Of a stretch of DNA of 64,000 nt, positions 61,850-64,000 are shown in pieces; position 1 is the first letter of the stretch, and each line of letters begins with the position of its first letter. The notes beneath the pieces were generated by a model. It was given only the letters and a program-made list of their open reading frames with translations, was not told the DNA's origin and ran no database searches. The stretch covers positions 75,764,001 to 75,828,000 of the forward strand of contig CM060733.1 of NCBI GenBank assembly GCA_030704615.1, in the 5' to 3' direction. Origin of the DNA: Takakia lepidozioides. Lineage: Eukaryota; Plantae; Bryophyta. Position numbers and translations under genes: made by a program.

Positions 61850-64000
61850 ATGAGCTGGAACTTGGTCACTTGGAACATTAGGGGCATAGGTTCCGAGGCT
61901 TCGGTGCCCAAGAGAAGAAGAATTAAAAGTTGGGTTGCTTCGTCGCTCTCCTTGCATCCCATAGTTTTTTTGCAAGAACATAAACTAGACGCTAGGAAAA
62001 GTGCTTTGCTTGGTCACTCTATTTGGCCTGCTTCTTCTTCCTGGTGGAATCCTACTGTTGTAGACACCAGAGGGGGTACGGCTATATAATTTGGTTACGG
62101 ATAGAATTGCTTTATGGTCCATGCTTCATTCTAATATCCTCAATAACCCGCAGGTCTCCAACTGGGTTTTAGCTGGTGACTTCAATATGGTCGACAGTTC
62201 TCTTGATAGGCTCGGCTCTGCTGCTCAGTCCCTGTCCTTAGATGAGCAATCAGCTTGGGACAATCTTTGCTTCGCAGTTTGGTTCTCGGACACCTTCCAG
62301 TCCCAACATTCTTCTCTTAGATTCACCTGGACCAACAATAGAGGCCCTCCTTACGTGCGTACATGGCTAGGTTAGATAGGTTTTATTGCTTCCGCTGGCA
62401 GCCACTTGGGCCAGCCCGGTCCCCCTTCCCCCTATCTTTCCGGACTTTGATCATGCGATGGTCTCTTTGGTCTTACATCCTCCTGGTCTTCATTGTAGAG
62501 GTAGAAGTTATTTTAAGATGAATCCTCTTCTTCTCAGATCCCCTGATCTCATCCGTAAGCTTGCCACGATTTGGAAGGAGTCTGCCAATGATTTTGCCTC
62601 TCCAATGCTTAGATTCCTTCATAAATTGGCTGTTGCTAGGAAACTGGCTCAATCCTTGTCCAAGTCTATGGCCCTTGAAAGATCTAGGAAAGAAAAGGCT
62701 CTATTGAAATGCATCTCTCACTGCTAATGGCTCATTGAGTCAAATGTTGTGGGCCCCATCACCTTCCAATCCTAGGCGAGAAGAAACCTGGTAGAGCTTC
62801 GTGCTTGCAAGGAAATTAATCTTAAGAGAAAAGCCGGTGTGAATTGGTCCTTGCAAGGTGAAAAAATGACCGCTTATTTTTTCCAAAAAACCAAGCAACG
62901 TCAGGCTGCTACCTCCATCTGTTCTCTTAGGGATGGGATGAACTCCCTTCAGACTTGCCCTAAGAAAATGGTTGCCACTGCGGCGGATTATTTGAAGACC
63001 CTCTTTTCACCTCCGTCCGTCTCTGATGTTTCCCTTTCCTACAGAAGCCAGATGCTCAGTATTGTGCCCTGCATTCTCTCCGCGGATGACCAGAATTCTT
63101 TGAACGCCCCCTTTTCAGTGACTTAGTTATTGGAGGCCACTGAAGCTCTAGCTGCGCTTAAATCACCGGGGCTTGATGGTCTTCCTGTAGAATTCTTTAA
63201 ATGCTTATGGTCGGATGTGGGGGAGGATTTCTTGCTCATGGCAAATGACATTCTAGGTAAAGGCATCATGCCTTCTCAGTTATTTCAAGGTGTTATCACT
63301 CTCATTTTCAAAAAAAATGATAGGGATCTTGAATCTTTAATTACAGGCCAATACTCTTGTAAACTCTACTTATAAAATTATTGCTAAAGTCTGGCCTTAC
63401 AGTTGTAGCCCTTCCTCTTCAAGCTAGTGCGTCCGGAACAGACTGGGTTTATGAAAAACCGTATGATCCTCAATAATATTCTCTTGTCTATCGAGGCCCT
63501 TCATGATCTGGCCCACGAGTCCAACCAGCCTTTGGCCTTGCTTATGCTAGACTTTGAAAAAGCTTTCGATAATGTTGATTGGGCTTTTCTTTTGGGTGCT
63601 CTGGAAAAGGTGGGTATCTTGGGGAGTTTCCTCTCTTGGATCAAAATCCTTCTCTATTTAGCCTCCAGTAAGGTAGTGGTAAACGGGGTCCTCTCTTCTT
63701 CCTTTCCCCTTAACGAATCTGTTCGCCAAGGGTGTCCACTTGCTCTCTTTCTTTTTCATATTGCTGTAGATACTCTGGGCACCTTTTGTCTTCCAACCAT
63801 GCCATCCAAGGCCTGAGAATCCCGAGATCTCTGCCTTCCCCTTAGAGCATCAAGGTGTTCGTGTATGCTGACGATATTGTGAGGTTAATCGATAACTCAT
63901 CTGCTTCCAATGTTACTACCTCTCTACAGGCTCTGGACTCGTTTTGTCATGCCTTTGGGCTCAAGGTGAATTGGTCTAAATTTGTTGGTATTTTCTAGTC
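61850..64000 (+). mobile_element. LINE (L1-like) ORF2 pseudogene: APE endonuclease plus RT, runs off the window
   Basis: LVTWNIRG, FLQEHK, LAGDFN, RLDRF, DHAMV; KSPGLDGLPVEFFK, QTGFMKNR, LDFEKAFDNVDW, VRQGCPLA, YADD. Many stops. Confidence 0.95.

Overview
Nuclear DNA from a non-seed land plant (inferred from PLS-class PPR-E-DYW genes, spliceosomal introns and plant TE families). The window is a nested transposon and pseudogene mosaic with no demonstrably intact host gene. Backbone: at least three decayed copies of a gene in which intron-split OSB-type PDF motifs (WWDNR..K/..PDFK..LW..P.WV) run into a PLS-PPR tract, with E/DYW pieces nearby. Inserted into it: (1) a Ty3/Gypsy-type retrotransposon (20924-30568 minus, plus 31597-33121 plus; broken by a ~10.7 kb inversion) with a C5 cytosine methyltransferase between protease and RT, a PHD finger after the integrase, a self-complementary non-tRNA PBS, and circularly permuted LTRs (A1...PPT-B1-gc-A2-t-B2) inside a 4-bp TSD, which looks like a 2-LTR circle opened at an internal palindrome; (2) a spliced ParB-like plus amino-methyltransferase-like gene; (3) a 13.4 kb CACTA with a NIF/FCP1 phosphatase-like domain; (4) a 4.6 kb Pack-CACTA carrying five spliced exons of a cyanobacterial-type DnaE, nested in a Sola-like transposase; (5) a hAT MITE, a gag fragment and a degenerate LINE. 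All calls come from motif recognition and hand alignment; no database searches were run.
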